From: the human T2T-CHM13v2.0 reference genome, Homo sapiens
Assembly: GCF_009914755.1 (NCBI RefSeq)
Contig: NC_060939.1
Length of the DNA stretch: 64,000 bases
Strand: one strand, 5' to 3'
Position 1 is the stretch's first letter; each line of letters opens with the position of its first letter. The notes beneath the pieces are model-generated. The model ran no database searches. It saw nothing but the letters and a program-made list of their open reading frames with translations, and was not told the DNA's origin. Shown piece after piece: positions 42,478-56,937 of the stretch. The position numbers were made by a program, and so were the translations under genes.

Positions 42478-42948
42478 TGTATTAGTTTCCCATTGATGTT
42501 GGAAAACTCACTACACACTTAGTTGCTTAAAAAAAACACACCAGTTTATTTGCTTACAGTTCTGGAAGTCAGAAGGCTGAAGTCAAGCTGCTAGTAGGAT
42601 TGCACTCCTTGTGGGGGCTTTGAGGAGAAACCGTGCCCTTCCCTTCTCCAGCTTTGAGAGGCTGCCTACTTGCATTGGCTCGTGGCCCCTCCTCCCATCA
42701 CTCTAATCTCTTGCTTCTGTAATCTCATCTCGTTCTCTGACTCTTACCCTCCTACCTCCCACTTATAAGGAGGACCCTTGTGATTACACTGGACCCACCC
42801 AGGTAATCCAGGATAATCTCCCATGTCAAAATCCTTAATTTAATCATCACCACAAAGTCCCATTGCCATATAAGGTAACATTCACAGGTTCTGGGGGTTA
42901 GGATGTGGACATCTTTGGAAGGGAGGGGGGACATTATCAGCCTACCAT
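42478..42948 (-). mobile_element. MLT1 (D-like) MaLR LTR
   Basis: TGTATTAGTTTCC...TAAGGTAACATTCACAGGTTCTGGGGGTTAGGATGTGGACATCTTT...CAGCCTACCA. Confidence 0.8.
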
Positions 42949-43469
42949 AATAGTACTTGCATTTTGGGGTCTTATGATTACTCAAGCAATAGGACAACTT
43001 CTGTGCCAGCAGGACCACCTGCCACTTTCCCCCATCCACTCTGGTTGTTTATGGGAAATTTAGTGATCCTGTTTCCCAGAAAAATGAAGAGGAAAAACCA
43101 TGCATCCCCACCCTACCCTTAAGCATTCTTCTTTAGAAGTGTTTATGAAGGAGAGTGACAATAATGAAGTTAAAAATAGTAAATGCCCAAGGCAGCCAGT
43201 ATAGAATAAAGAGCTTTGTATCCCAAGTTCAGAGTTCAGTCCTCAGCTCTTATGAATGCTTTGATCCTGGACAAGTCACCTCATTTCTCTGGGCCTGAGT
43301 TTCTACATTCATAAAATAAAGAGGTCCTTATTCTAGTTATTAAGGGGTCTTGCTTTTTATTGATGCATTATTGAGACCAACTGCTGTTTTAAATGTTCCT
43401 GTCATCTTTTCTGCCACCCAGAGTAATGAGAAGAGAAGGTGACTAGGAAGCACAGCTCTCAAACACATT

Positions 43470-43778
43470 TTCTTTTTCTTTTTTTTTTTTTTTTTTTTTT
43501 TTTGAGACGGAGTTTCGCTCTGTTGCCCAGGCGGGAGTGCAGTGGCACAATCTTGGTTCACTGCAACCTCTGCCTCCCGAGTTCAAATGATTCTCCTGCC
43601 CCAGCCTATAGCTGGGACTACAGGCACGTGCCACCACACTCAGCAAATGTTTGTTTTTAGTAGAGATGGGGTTTCACCATGTTGGCTAGGCTGGTCTCGA
43701 ACTCCTGACCTCAAGTGATCTGCTTGTCTTGGCCTCCCAGAGTGCTGGGATTACAGGCGTGAGCTACCGTGCTAGGCC
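43470..43778 (-). mobile_element. AluS
   Basis: Reverse Alu with long T-tail; TSD TCAAACAC.TTT. Confidence 0.9.
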
Positions 43779-45935
43779 TCAAACACCTTTCCAAACATGC
43801 TTCTGGAATGTGCTGGTTTTTCTCTGTAGATGCACTGACATTGTAACTCTTCAATTCCCTCCATTCAGACTTCTGTCTCATGAGTTTTTCTTTAAAGTGT
43901 TGTTCACACGTCTGTCCTCCTTTTGCTAGTCTCTTCTTGGACAGCCCCCTTCCATGGAAGGGATCACTATTTCGTGCCTTGTAGAAACCCCTGGGCTGGG
44001 AATCATTAGACCCCACTTCCTGTCTCAGCTCCATCATCTGCTAACTGGGTGGCCTATGGGAGTCACTTAATGTAATCTATAAAATATGAATAATTATATG
44101 TCCTCTGCCTACCACACAAGCCTGTTGTGAGGGTCAAATGAGGTAACAGCTGTAAAAGTACTTCAAAAAACATAAGACACCATTCAAAAACAACATGGCT
44201 TGATTATTTTATTACTATTGACTAGATAATTTTTGGGATTTAGAGACTTGTGTCCCTTTCTATAATTTGTTGTCTGTGTGTCCATGTTCATGTGTGTACA
44301 GGAGTACGTGTGTGTGTTTGCATGTGCACACATGGATGTATGTGTGTTTGTTTGAAAGGTTCGTTCATTTTGAAACAGGACAGCCTGGATCAGGCCTGGA
44401 TCACAAGTTTTACCCACACATTCCCACCTCCCCTGGAAACTGTCCCTGGCTGCAGGTAGGAATCATTTGTTTTTTCAGCTCCTCCTTTCCCATGCTTTGT
44501 TGGAGGCTACTTGCATTTCATCGGTAATAACTTTGGAGCAATATGTTGTTTCTTTCCTGGGGGCCCCTAGAGCTGACTGGGCCTCTTCGTGATGCTGGAT
44601 AGGAAAACTTGCTGTTAATTAAACTTCACAAAGCCACATGCCGATTTCCTGACCTTCAGTCAATACCCAGGGAGTCTTGTTACCTACAGGGGGGCAGAAA
44701 CCACATAGCAAGAAGTGAAATCTTTGGCCTTATCTGTGTTTCTCCTTGGAAAGCCTCCCTGGCCATCCTGGGTAGTTAGCCGAGAAAACGGATACAAGTG
44801 TTTGAAATGCATACTCCTTGTTTTTGGTATTTTTTGTTTTCCTACTTCAAGGGAATTTTTGTGTGTTTTTTTTTACCTTCTGAAGCAGGAATAGCACTTA
44901 GTCCCTGAATCGTTTGACAAGAAGTTACCTGTTGATGCTAAGCAGATAAACGGTGTTCCAATATGCTTTGATTTCTAAATCAGAAACCTTAGCCCTTTTC
45001 AGTAACAGAGTTTGTAGCAGAGCTAGGCCTGATGGTATGTACATTTCTGCCTGTAGGTTAGGAAGGATTGGAGCCAGATTTTAAGCTTGAGTTACTCTGA
45101 TCTCAGACAAGGCTCCGAAGAGCCCTTGTTCATTTCTTGCGGTATTTCATTAAGTGTCAGAAGTATTTCATTAGTTATCAGAACAAAGATCACATTCGCC
45201 GTAAGAATGCTGCATTGAACTTTCTCCAAGTCATTCATAACTCTGGTTCCAGAAGAAAGATGCGATGGGCTATGGAAAAAGCCTGACTGCAATATGTGTG
45301 TCCCAGAAGGGGGATCTCAGTTCTGCATCTGGAATCCGCTAGGGCTTTTCCTCCAGCGCACACCTAGTGCCAGCCTGCGATGCCTTCATATGAGGATGGG
45401 AGGAAGGAATTTCCCGCATGTGGGGGTTGCTATCGTTTCCTTTGCTCATCCTGCCTGCAGGAGCCTGCACATATTGTTGATTCAGTCATAGTAATCACAG
45501 CCATTTTTGCAGGACCTACTATGTGCCACATCATTGACATGTACTATTTGAACCTCAACCAGCCCCAGTTTACAGAGGACACTGAACTAAGGTAAAGAAG
45601 TCCCCAGCATCCTGCTCCAGGAAGGGACGGAATGGGATTTGAGTGCAGGGTTCCCTGACTCTAACATCCTTGCTCTTCTCATTGCCACCCCGAGCCCACA
45701 ATGTGGACACGGGTAATTTACGTGAGGTTTAGGGGATACCCGCTGTGGTTGACCTGTAATACACATGGCCTGCCTGTTGGTTCTCAGGATAAAGTGCTCA
45801 CATCCCTCAAGGGTTTTTTAGGTCCTCACTTGCTTGTCAATCCATAAGCCCTTTTCTGGATGTGTAGTCCTTTTGTCTTGTCTCTATTAATAGTAACAAG
45901 AGCAATGACAGCTGATGTTTGTCGATGGTTTCCTC

Positions 45936-46462
45936 TGTAGTAGGTTGAATAATTCCCTGCCCTCTCCCACTCAGTCCTCAAAGATAGCAGGCCCTAGTCC
46001 TGGAGGCTGTAAATGCTAACTTATTTGGAAAAAGGGTCTTTTCAGATGTGATTAAGTATCTTGAGATGGGGAGAGTATTCTGGATTATTCAGGTGAGTTC
46101 TATGTGCAATTATGAATGTCCTTATAAGAGACAAGCAGAGGGAGATGTAACATGCAGGCACACAACAGGGTGGCTGATGTGAAGATAGAATAGAGAGAGA
46201 CTTGAAGATGCAGCTCTTGAAGACTGGAGTGATATAGCCACAGCCAAGGCATGCTGGCGGCCGCCAGAAGCTGGAAGAGGCCAGGAAACAGATCCTCCCC
46301 CAGAGCCTCTGAAAGGAGCATGGCCCTGCTGCCACCTTGATTTCAGCCTAGTGATGCTGATTTCAAATTTCTGGCCTCCAGAACTGTAAAAGAATAGATT
46401 TCTGTTGTTATAAATCACCAAGTTTGTGGTACCCTGTTACAGCAGCTACAGAAACTAATGCA
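45936..46462 (+). mobile_element. MLT1C/D MaLR LTR
   Basis: TGTAGTAGGTTGAATAAT...CCAGAAGCTGGAAGAGGC...GAAACTAATGCA. Confidence 0.82.
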
Positions 46463-47276
46463 CTGTAAGAGGCTCTGAGCTAAACCTCATAGGACCCTTA
46501 TGCATAAACTATCTTTAGTGTGTCTTGTGTAACATGAGAAGAATTCTGTGCTTACAGCAACAATGTGATGAGCTCTGGGTCCCAGAGCCAGTAGGCTGCA
46601 GAGCAGGGATTTAAACCAGAGAACCTGGCTTTAAAGCCCAGCTTGTAACACTGAGTTATGCTCCCTTCCTGCTCCCAACTCCATTCTCGCCCTTATGCCC
46701 CAGGTCAGGCCTTGCCCCAGAGCCTTCCTTTCCCCATTTATGGTTTAGCTTCCAAGCACACAATATATTTTATCTTCCCTCATGAATCTTTTTTCATGCA
46801 GAAACATTTGGTTCTCTTGTGGGCCACATGGATCCAGCAGCAATTAATTAAAATTGCCCTTTTCCTCAGTGATTGGACCACAGTTCATTGTGGGCTAGTG
46901 CTGAAAACGTTTCCTTTCTCAATTTGGGGGGAAACAATAATTTTTCCCGTTTTCCAGTAAGTCCTCACTTCAAATAGTCTATCCCTGTAATCCTCTGTGA
47001 ATGGGAATTTGGTATTTAAAAGCTGTACTGTGTTGCAGTTGTTAAGCTCTTTAGAGGCTTGCCCTTATTCATTCAGTCACATTTGTTAATATCTGTTCAC
47101 ACAGACTTAGTAGCTTGGACAGGTTCTTCAATGTCTTTTAGACTCAGTTTCCTCATCTATAAAATAAAGTAACTTTGATCTTTGCAGTGATGGTTAAATG
47201 GGATTACACACATAATTCATTTAGCAGGTATTTGATACAGCATAGCCATCTACATACAGAATGTATTATTTAAATA

Positions 47277-47615
47277 CAGTTGTCCCTTGGTGTGCAGTGG
47301 GGATTGATATTGATTCCAGGACTCCCCTGCAGATACCAAAATCTGAGGATGTACAAGTCCCTTTTATAAAATGGTGTAGTATTTGTGTATAACATACACA
47401 CATCTTCCTATACTTTAAATCATCCCTAAATTATATATGATACTGATACAATGTAAATACTTTGTAAATAGTTGTACTGTATTGTTTAGGGAATAATGAC
47501 AAGAAAAAAGTCTATGCATGTTCAATATTGAGGCAACCATCCATTTTTTTCACAATATTTTTGATTCATAGTTGGTTGAATCCACAGATGCAGAACTCAT
47601 GGATATGGCTGACCG
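47277..47615. mobile_element. MER2 (TcMar-Tigger)
   Basis: TA|CAGTTGTCCCTTGG...TTGGTTGAATCCACAGATGCAGAAC...|TA with TA target duplication. Confidence 0.85.
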
Positions 47616-50600
47616 TACACTGTGCTAATTATTTTTATGGATAGGTAAACTCGAGTAGAGATCTCTCCTGGCTTTAATTAACTGAAGGTGACAGACCTGC
47701 ATCTAAATAACTTCCTCTAATGCAAGGAAGAAAGCTATGCCTCTTCTTATTATCATGATTGATAATTATGCTTGCGATGCTTCATACTTATAATAAAGAA
47801 AGAAATAGAAGTGATATAGAGTAAGTGGGTACATAGGCAGTGATATAGAAATTGAGAGTGGGAGAAACATCCAGCATATGAGAGAAATACCATTGCTTCC
47901 TCTACGAGCCTTTCACATAAAAGATGCTCAAGAAGTGTAGTTGTGTTATAATCATTATTGCTGTAGTATTAATGTATTCAGCAGAACTTACTGCTGAAAA
48001 TAGTTCTTCAGGTTCCTTCAACCTGCCGGGGGTCAGCCTCTAGGGCAGAGGGCACTGTTTGACAGTCCCTGGGAGAGAGGGGATAGGATCTCCATTTGCT
48101 TAGCACCCGCCCTGGTCAGGCACTGGACCCCACAGGTAAACTCATTTGGTCTCCTCTAACCCCCGTAGTCCTGGAGGGCCACACAGGTTCAGATTACAAC
48201 CCATACTAACAACAGGCATGACTCCTAAGAGGGCTCCTCTTAGTTACTCTGGAGAAATGAATGCATTTACTGTTCTTTCATGCAAAGCCGCCTCCGTACT
48301 CCTCAGTCCCATGTTTGGCTACCTGCCTCTGCAACAGTTCGCACATATCACATTGGAGGCTCTGTGTCTCTTACCTTCAGGGCAGTGCAGCCGTCACGGT
48401 AACTACCATTTACAGAGCGTTCACTGAGGGCCAAGCCCTGTGCTAGGCGCTTTCCCTGAATCATTGAGTTTATCTGTGCGACAGCCAGGGGAGGCAGGCA
48501 TTGTTATCTCCATTTTGCTGCTGGAGACAGGGTGTGGAATGACTTGCCCACAATAACACAGGTAATTAGTGGCTGATCTGGCCTGTCTGATGGAATACCT
48601 GGGCTCTCTCTACCATCCTATGTTACCACCTCTGTCCCTGTTGGTCTCTTCTTCTCTTCACCTTCAGAGATATCTTGCCCAGCACAAAATACAGCAAGAA
48701 AAATCATCTTTGCTCTGAGCTATCTAATATTCTCTCAGCCTTAGCTGGAAGCATCTCTCTTTTAAACTTCCACTGACTGATTTCTTACCTTTGTGCGAAT
48801 CCAAAAAGATGCCTCTTCCTCTGGTCAGATTCATCTCCTTGCTGGGAGGACACACTGGATTTCAACTCCCAGGTGTCCTTGTGCAGTGAGTAACCTGCTC
48901 AACTGTAGGTGGCATCCTTGCAGCCTCTCCACCATTGATTTCTGTGGCACTCAAATGGGTTCCTTGAACACTCACTCACTTGTCCGTATTCCACTCCTCC
49001 GGGCCCACACTGAATAAGGCACCTGAAGGTCAGTTCTGGAAACCCAGATCACTCTGATGCACAGCAGCACCCGTGAGCACTGTGGTTGGCTTGTTCTTAG
49101 GGAAACTTGGCTGATTTTCAAACACAATCTTAGAAGAAGAGAAGCCACCTGATGGCAATATCTGGGGCTGTGAGTCTAAATCATCTCCTGGGGTCGTTTC
49201 CCCCAGAAGGCCTGAGTCTTTTATTCTTAAGGTTGCTGCTCTGTTTTATTTTGGCAGCTGGGGTTGGGGGACAGCCCCATGGAACTCACATCCTGGGAGG
49301 CTGACGGGTGGGTCACTGAGTATAGGGTCTTCTAGAGGCTTGGCTTCCTGGTGCAAAAAAAGCCCTTTAACATCTGAGTGACTCTAAAACCACCTTTCTG
49401 CTTCCTCTGCCTAGGTGGCTTGCCTCTTGACTTCTGGAAGAGCTCCTGAATCCATCTGTGAAAAGACCTCTCTCTTTTCACTTTGTTGGAACACATTTGT
49501 CATTCCTTCCTGTGGCCATACCCCCCATAAGCCTGTGGGGTCCTTCTTTCCTAAAGGCTCAGAGCAAACCTGTCAGCTGATTCTCATGCTGGCCTTTAAA
49601 CTCGGGTCTTCAGCACATGGTGGGGAGCAGCAGCAGATCTAGTCAAACCTGCAGCTAACGTATGTGACACTGTGTGCTGCACAGTAGGCGACCAGGGAAG
49701 CTTTCGTTTTCATCTTCTTAATTTTTATTTCCCTAAGTGGTCAGAGTTTTGCCTCTTATCTTCTGTAGACACCAGATAATTTATTACCCAGAACAGCCCT
49801 GGCAGGAATTTCAGTCTTAGAACTTCTAAGAAGACATCTGCACTCAACCTAAACCATTTGCTCGCAGGCTCTTTGAACTTAGCACATGATATCCTTTCTC
49901 CCTTTGGCAGGTGATCCTAGTGGAACAGGGTGGGTTTTAGGAAAACAGGGCTCTCTTTCCAGCTCGAGGCTGCACACTCCCTTCCTCCCAGCTTGCCTTG
50001 GCTCAAGCGGCTCCTTGGTGAACACACACGTTTCTGGTCCTCAGCTGCTGCTCCCTCCCATTTTTCCTCCCTTTAATTTGGGCTCTCAGGTCGCTCTAGG
50101 TAGCCACTGGCTGCTGATCTAATTTTCCTAGCTCCCTTTAATTCCCACCCAGATGTGTGGGGCTGCCTTGACTTCTTGCATATGGAAACTCCTAGCCTTT
50201 CTGTCTCTTATGAATTAATCCAAAGCAGTAGCCTTTATTGACCCATTCGTTACAAATGCTGAGCAACGAGGCTCTGGGCCCACCCATATGTCACTTCAGC
50301 ATACATTCCCAGGGTGCCTCTGTGTCAGACTCAGAGCTAGTCTCAGGGATCATGCACACACCAATAAGAAACAGGGAGCATAGCCCTGGAGAATGAAACT
50401 TACTAATACAGTGTTAATGTGGTAAAGGGGTGTGCAGACTGCCCCCGAGAGTACTAACAGTGGGGAAAGCACATGGGCGCTGGTGTTTATGTTGGGCTGG
50501 AAGTACAGAAGTAGGTAGGGTAGGGTTCCAGGAGGGAGTCTTGCCGCACAAGAGCCCCATGTGTTTGGGAAATGGTGAGTCATTAGTGATGGTTGGGAAG

Positions 50601-52276
50601 GGTTGTGAGCAGGATACAGGGGAAGGGAGACGAAGACCGGAGTTGAATCTGGGAAGATAGACTGAAACCAGATGATGAAGGGTGGAATGTGACATCAAAC
50701 CAAATATGCCCTAAAACTGTCTTGGTTTGAACTTTATTTTCTAGGCAGAAATGAGCCAGGTGGGTCTTTCAAATAGAGAGTAATGACCAGGGCTGTGCAT
50801 AGAAAGACAAATCCAGTGGAGAGGGAAGTCAGAAGTGTGTGAGATTCCTTACTTGGGTACCTGACAGATGGGGATGCTCTTAGCCTACTGGGAATGTGCA
50901 CTGGGGTGTTTGTCATCACTGAAAAGATTGGACTGGACATCATAAAGTCATTGTTCTTCTTCCCACAGGCTATGAGATTCAAGCATATTCAGACTCTAAG
51001 AAGCTTCCGCCTCGGTATGAGCTTGATGCTGGTCTGTGCTGATCTAAAATCTTTCTGGGAGTATATGACTTTTCTGTTCTTGATGAGACAGTTCAGAGGA
51101 ATATTTTGTCCTTGAGCTATTTCTGTCCCTCTGGTCTTTGGGGCTTACAGTGTATTTATAAGTGGGCATTTTATGTCCAAATTGAAATGTCTGCATATTT
51201 AGGCGTTAAGATTACTGATTTGGTTTCTCTTTTTGACTCTGCTTACACAGCAGTATGAAAGGGTAAGAAATGACAAATGAGTCTGCTTCAACTGAGCCTC
51301 ACTGGGTCTACTGCCCAGGGGAAATCATTGCCCAGAGTTTCCTTTTGGTCAATTTGGAAATATATTCTGTATATACTGTGTACATTTTTCATATACTGTA
51401 TACATTTTTTCTTTAAAAAAAACACACACGCACAAATGAGAGCATGTTTAGTGTCCTCAGCTTAGTATCTTTACTGTTTTATTCTTTTTCACTTAACTAT
51501 GTTTATGAGAGCTTTCTATATCAGTATATACACAGCTGCCTCATTCTTTTAAACAGCTTCATAGTACTCCAATATCTGAATGCACCATAATTAAACTAGC
51601 TCCTTATTTTCCTGTTTAAGGATACTTAGATTGTCTTTCAGATTTACAATTTACAACCACCACTCAGGTATGCAGAACACAATTTATTTTTCTATAACTA
51701 GATGTGGTTCATGAGCCTCTGCTTCTATTGCTGAAGGAAAACTTTGCCAATTCCAGGAGACTCAGATGCTCAGACACTTCGTGTTAAGCATGATCAATTC
51801 AGGGTTTATGTTCAGCTCAGTTAGGACTCTCTCCTCTCTCTCCTCCCCTCTTCCCAGGAGGTGTGACCTGGATCCCCTGGTGAGGGGCTCCTGTGCAGGC
51901 TTGGCAAAGGAAGCAAGCTGTCGGCTGTGCTTCAAGCTGTTGGCCACCTTCCACCCTTGCTGTGGCTGCTGCTGAAATCTCTGCATGTACCCTCCTGGCC
52001 TTCTGTCACCAAGGGCCATATACTCTGTGGAACCACAAAGGGGTGATCCACCCACTCTCAGGTGGGCCCCTCCACCTTGATGCCTCCCTCCCACATCCTA
52101 GTCAGGTGCTATGTTGGACACTGGCTTCCCCATAAAGCGTGCAAGTCCCTTCTGTTCTCAGGCCCCTAAACACATCTGGGATTTCTACTGTTCCCCAGCC
52201 CAGGCCACTGCATTCTGTCCTAATCTCTGAATACTGCCTTTTGGTTCCTCCCTCATCTGCCTGCTAGTCAAACTCT

Positions 52277-52532
52277 CCACTCGCCCAGGCTGGAGTGCAA
52301 TGGCACGATCTTGGCTCACTGCAACCTCCACCTCCCGGTTCAAGCAATTCTTGTGCCTCAGCCTCCCAAGTAGCTGGGACCACAGGCATATACCCACCAC
52401 GCCCAGCTGATTTTTGTATTTTTAGTAGAGATGGGGTTTCACCATGTTGGCCAGGCTGGTCTTGAACTCCTGACCTCAGGTGATCCACTTGCTTTGGCCT
52501 CCCAAAGTCCTGGCGAGCCACCACATCCAGCC
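52277..52532 (-). mobile_element. AluS lacking its poly(A) tail
   Basis: Reverse Alu body between 15-bp TSDs TGCTAGTCAAACTCT (52262-52276, 52533-52547); no T-run. Confidence 0.88.
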
Positions 52533-53523
52533 TGCTAGTCAAACTCTTAATTTCCTTGGGTTCAGAAAGGTCATTCCAAGGTCATAACACTTCTTCATAG
52601 TCTGTAGTGTAAGCTCTACCTCTGCCTACTGTTTTCCAGACTTTGGCTCTTGACGGATAAAGCTCAGTTTTTCCAATTTAAAGAAACCTTTTCCCTCCTC
52701 ATACTGATCTTTGAGTCTTCCCTTCTCTGGCGCTATCATCCTCAGTCTCACTCTAGAAGAACTGTGTGGAAAGAAGGAATGACTGAAGTGCACTGGCCAG
52801 TTCCTCAGTTCGCCGTCCTGCTGTGGTTTCAGGTGTCCTGCCAGCTCCCCAGGGCTGCACTGAGGATCCCCACACTCACATCTCTGTGTGCTCTTACAGG
52901 CACTTGAGAAGGACTATTCCTCGGTATAATTTCTACCACCTAGTGTTGTTTTAATGTCTATAAAAACCTTTTTAAAAGATACGTGTGGTCATACGAAAGT
53001 ATTTTGGCAAAAAGCATTTCCCTTGATAGTCATTGTGAATTACATCTCCCTCCTCCCTCTCCTAGCTTAAAGTGCCAATGCTTTGTATCAATGCCAGGAG
53101 AAATAGAGGAGTATCTGTCCACATTTCGGAGGCTGGCATTGAGGCAGCCCTCAGATGCAGCATCCTCACATTTGTAACCAGGACCCTGTGATACTTAGTC
53201 TCCGGGAAATTTGCCCCAAAACATTGGCTTGGGAGTTTAGCCTTGATATATAGTAACAGTTCAAAGTGCAAATGTGGCATAAAGGCTCTCTTTAAGCCAC
53301 ATGGACATTATTCATTAGACATAGTAAAATCCAGTAGTATCTTAGATTTTCTCCACAGAATCTAGTACGGGGACTTAGATTCCCCACTATTCAGCTTTCT
53401 CCAACAATAAATAGGCTTTCATCTCATGAGCTTCCTTCTCATCTTCCCTATGGAAGAATTTATTTCTGTTTCTGTAGCAACTCAACTTAGGTAGCAAGAT
53501 GCAAGGAATGCCACCTCTCTCTC

Positions 53524-53828
53524 TTTTTTTTTTTTTTTTTTTTTGAGACTGGGTCTTGCTCTGTTGCCCAGGCTGGCGTGCAGTGGCACGATCTCAGCTC
53601 ACTGCCACCTCCGCCTCCCAGTTCAAGCAATTCTTGTGCCTCAGCCTCTCCCGAGTAGCTGGGACCACAGGTGTGCACCCATCACGCCTGGCCAATTTTT
53701 TGTGTTTTTAGTAGAGACGGGGTTTTGCCATGTTGGCCAGGCTGGTCTGGAACTCCTGGCCTTAAGTGATTCTCCCACCTCAGCCTCCGAAAGTGCTGGG
53801 ATTACGGGTGTGAGCCACCATGCTGGCT
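53524..53828 (-). mobile_element. AluS
   Basis: Reverse Alu; TSD GGAATGCCACC(T/G)CTCT. Confidence 0.9.
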
Positions 53829-55167
53829 GGAATGCCACCGCTCTTAATGCTATAAAACTCAGGACCTTCAAGGTTAAGCAGTGCAAGGAGACTTTCCACG
53901 CGGGCAGGGGTGGTCAGCCTCATTGCCTATCTGCCTTCGTGGAGTTCCACTTTACTGTGGGGTTCTCGGGCTCCACTCCTCTGGTTCCTCGAGGGCAGTC
54001 CCCGGGGCTGCTGCTCTGTGGGATGCTGTGGCCCGTGTGGGGTTCATGTTAGCACAGCTGAGAGAGGCAGGGCCCCTCAAAGGAACTTGCCTGAGCTCTA
54101 AGGGAAAACAAGATGGAAATAAACACGGAGAGCCTAAGAAACACAAAACAGCCTGGCTCCGGAGGGCGGGGCTCTCACTCTGCCCACTCCCCTCTGTCCT
54201 GGAAACTGAGAGGAGGTAGGAAGCCCCCCTATAGCTGCAGGCTGCTGACAGCTTTGCCTGGGTGGCTTTCCAGCTCTGACAGCTCTTGAGCTCTTAATTC
54301 TTCACTCCTTTTGAAAATAAAGGCTGAGTCTTAGCCCCTGCTGGGTCCCTCTCCATTCTGAGGACCTGTCTCTTCTCTAGGTGTTTGATACCAGAAATGC
54401 TCTCACACAATAGATGAGACTTTTGTTCCTACATAGAAGGAGGTGGCTTTGTCCTCAGGGCCATAATAGTTTAACAGTCTTTTAATAAGATATAATAATT
54501 CATATAACAGAAATTAAACAGGCACAATAATGATGAGGGGAGATTTTTCTCCCTTTGGCAATAGTGGTTTGAGCCATTCGTTTGTTATTTCAGCTTTTCT
54601 AGGGTCAATTAACTGAGCACCTATTATGTGCTAGTCATTGTAGTAGGCTATAGGGATATAAGAAATAAGACATAGTCCCTGCCCTGAAGGAGCCTGCAGC
54701 CTGGTCAACTAAGGCAGGTGTGCAAACAATAAGCATAATAGAAGATTGTGCTGTGACAGCTACATGAGGCCCAGTGGAAGGACAAAAGAGAAGGGCATCA
54801 GTTCTTTGAAGGAGAGGGTTGGAGGGCGGTTTGGACCAGGAAAAACTTCATTGACACCAAAATGCTTCCGTTGAATCCTGAAGGGTGACTAGGTCATTAT
54901 TTTGGGAAACGATGCTGGAGAAAGCAGCTGAGGAGGAGGAAACAGCATAGGTCAAAACATGGAGAATAAAGTCCCTTGGCCTACTGAGGAGGTACAAGTG
55001 GTGTGGGTGGTCCATGCAGGGCCAGGGCTGACAAGAGATGCAGCAGGAGCCAGGCTGTATAGGTTGAGTGGGTAAGCCAAGGAGTTTGGGTGGAATGCAG
55101 AGAGAAGGGGTGGGTGGAAGAGCCAGCCGTCTTCAGGGGATGGTGGTACTTGGGAGTAAGACAGAAC

Positions 55168-55351
55168 AGTGGTTCTCACTGTGGCCCACAGACCAAGAGC
55201 ATCATCATCATCTGAGAACTTGTTAAAAATGCAGATTCTCAGGCCGTGCCCTAGACCAATTGAATCAGAGTTTTTGCAGGTGGGGCTTCACAGTCTTTTG
55301 TAACAAGTCTTCTAGGTGAGTCTGATGCTTGTTCAAGTTTAAGGACTACTG
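55168..55351. mobile_element. MER5A (hAT-Charlie) inserted in L2-derived sequence
   Basis: CAGTGGTTCTCA...AAATGCAGATTCTCAGGC...AAGTTTAAGGACTACTG. Confidence 0.8.
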
Positions 55352-56239
55352 AGATAGAGAATATGGGAAGAGCTAGAGGGGCATCAGTTTTGTGGAGGAA
55401 AGATGGTCAATCCGGACTTGAGTGTGTTGACTTCGAAGTGACACGTGGAGCTATCAAAGTGCAGTCCCAGGACCCACCACATCAGCTTCATCTGGGAGCT
55501 TGTTACAAATGAAGCAGAGGCCTGTGCTAGACCCGCTGAAGCAGAAGCTGGATTTTAGTGAGACCCCCGGGTGACTTATGTGCACTTTTCAGGCTCTAGT
55601 CTGGAGGTTAGCTAGGCACATGGGGTTGATGCTCGGGAGAGGGATCTTGGCAGGAAACAGAAAGGCGGGAGTTGTCAGTTCCAGGTGATGATTGCAGATG
55701 ACACATTTCCAGGGTGAGTGTGTAGGGAGGGAGACTGGATGGAGTGACTTTGCTTGAGTCATGCTGACTGCTTAGCATTATCTTTGTAGAGCTGTGGAAG
55801 ATCACACATAACCAGCCCTGGATGGCAGCCAGCCTGTTGTAAGGAAAACATGCTGTTTGCAGCCATTATCTCAACAACTATTATAGCAACAGCAATTTTC
55901 CCAGACGCCCGTTGGATGAACTGGGCCTGGAACCTGGACTTAGAACCCTTACTGTGCACTGTCATGTTCTTCTCATAGAGCCCTACTTTATGGTGGTGTG
56001 GGGGCGGGGTGGGGGTGTTCCATGTACTTACGTTGTCAGGGCTGGAAATGTGAACAAGTGGAAAAAAAAATCACACATGATGCTCAATAGGCACTCATAG
56101 AAGTTGCTCAATAAAGGTTTGTTAAATATTGTTGAAACAAATCATTAAAAATTGCTTTCAGATTTAAAAAATGCATTTCTATCAGTAAGTTCAATTTGAC
56201 TTTACAACATCCTTGTAAGTAAACATGCTTTCTTAAAAA

Positions 56240-56937
56240 AAACTTTATTGAGATATAACTTACATACCGTAAAAATCACCATTTAAAAATACTATGTAAC
56301 TCAATAGTTTTTGGTATATTTACAAGGTTGTGTGACTATCACGACTATCTAATTGCAGAACAGTTCCATCATCCTAAAAAGACACTCCATCCCTTTAGCA
56401 GTCACTCTCTTTTCCCCTCTCTCCCCAATCCCTGGAAACCACTCTCTGTCTCTATGGATTTGCCTATTCTAGACATTCTATAGAAATGGAATCATATGTG
56501 TCTGGCTTCTTTCACTTCTTTCACTTAGAATATTTTGTAGGTTTATCTATGTTACAGTATATATCAGCACTTATGGCTGAATAATAATCCACTCTGTGGA
56601 TATACCAATGTTTTATTTCTCTCTACATCAGTTGATAGGCATTTGGGTTGTTTCTGCATTTTTGGCTATTATGAATAATGTAGCTATGAACATTCATGTA
56701 TAAGTTTATATACAAATGTATGTTTTCATTTCTCTTGGGCATATACCTAGGACTGCAATTGCTAGGTCTTGTGGTAACACTACATTTAGTCTTTTGAGGA
56801 GCTCCGAGATAGTTTTCCAAAGTGACTACACCATTTTACCTACCCACTAGGAATGTATGAGGTTACCAATTTATCTTTCCCAACACACTATTATCTGTCT
56901 TTTTTGAGTATAGCCATCCTAGTGAACATGAAATGGT
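56240..56937 (-). mobile_element. L1MB 3' fragment
   Basis: CTTTATTGAGATATAA...CTATGGATTTGCCTATTCTAGACATT...ATAGCCATCCTAGTG. Confidence 0.85.

Noticed and set aside
44680-44700. CCTACAGGGGGGCAG CTCF-like site
   Set aside because: An extra G breaks core spacing; too weak without a PWM scan or ChIP data.
53543-54052. 169-aa ORF and other ORFs with [14 protein letters not shown]-type text
   Set aside because: Alu-derived translation.
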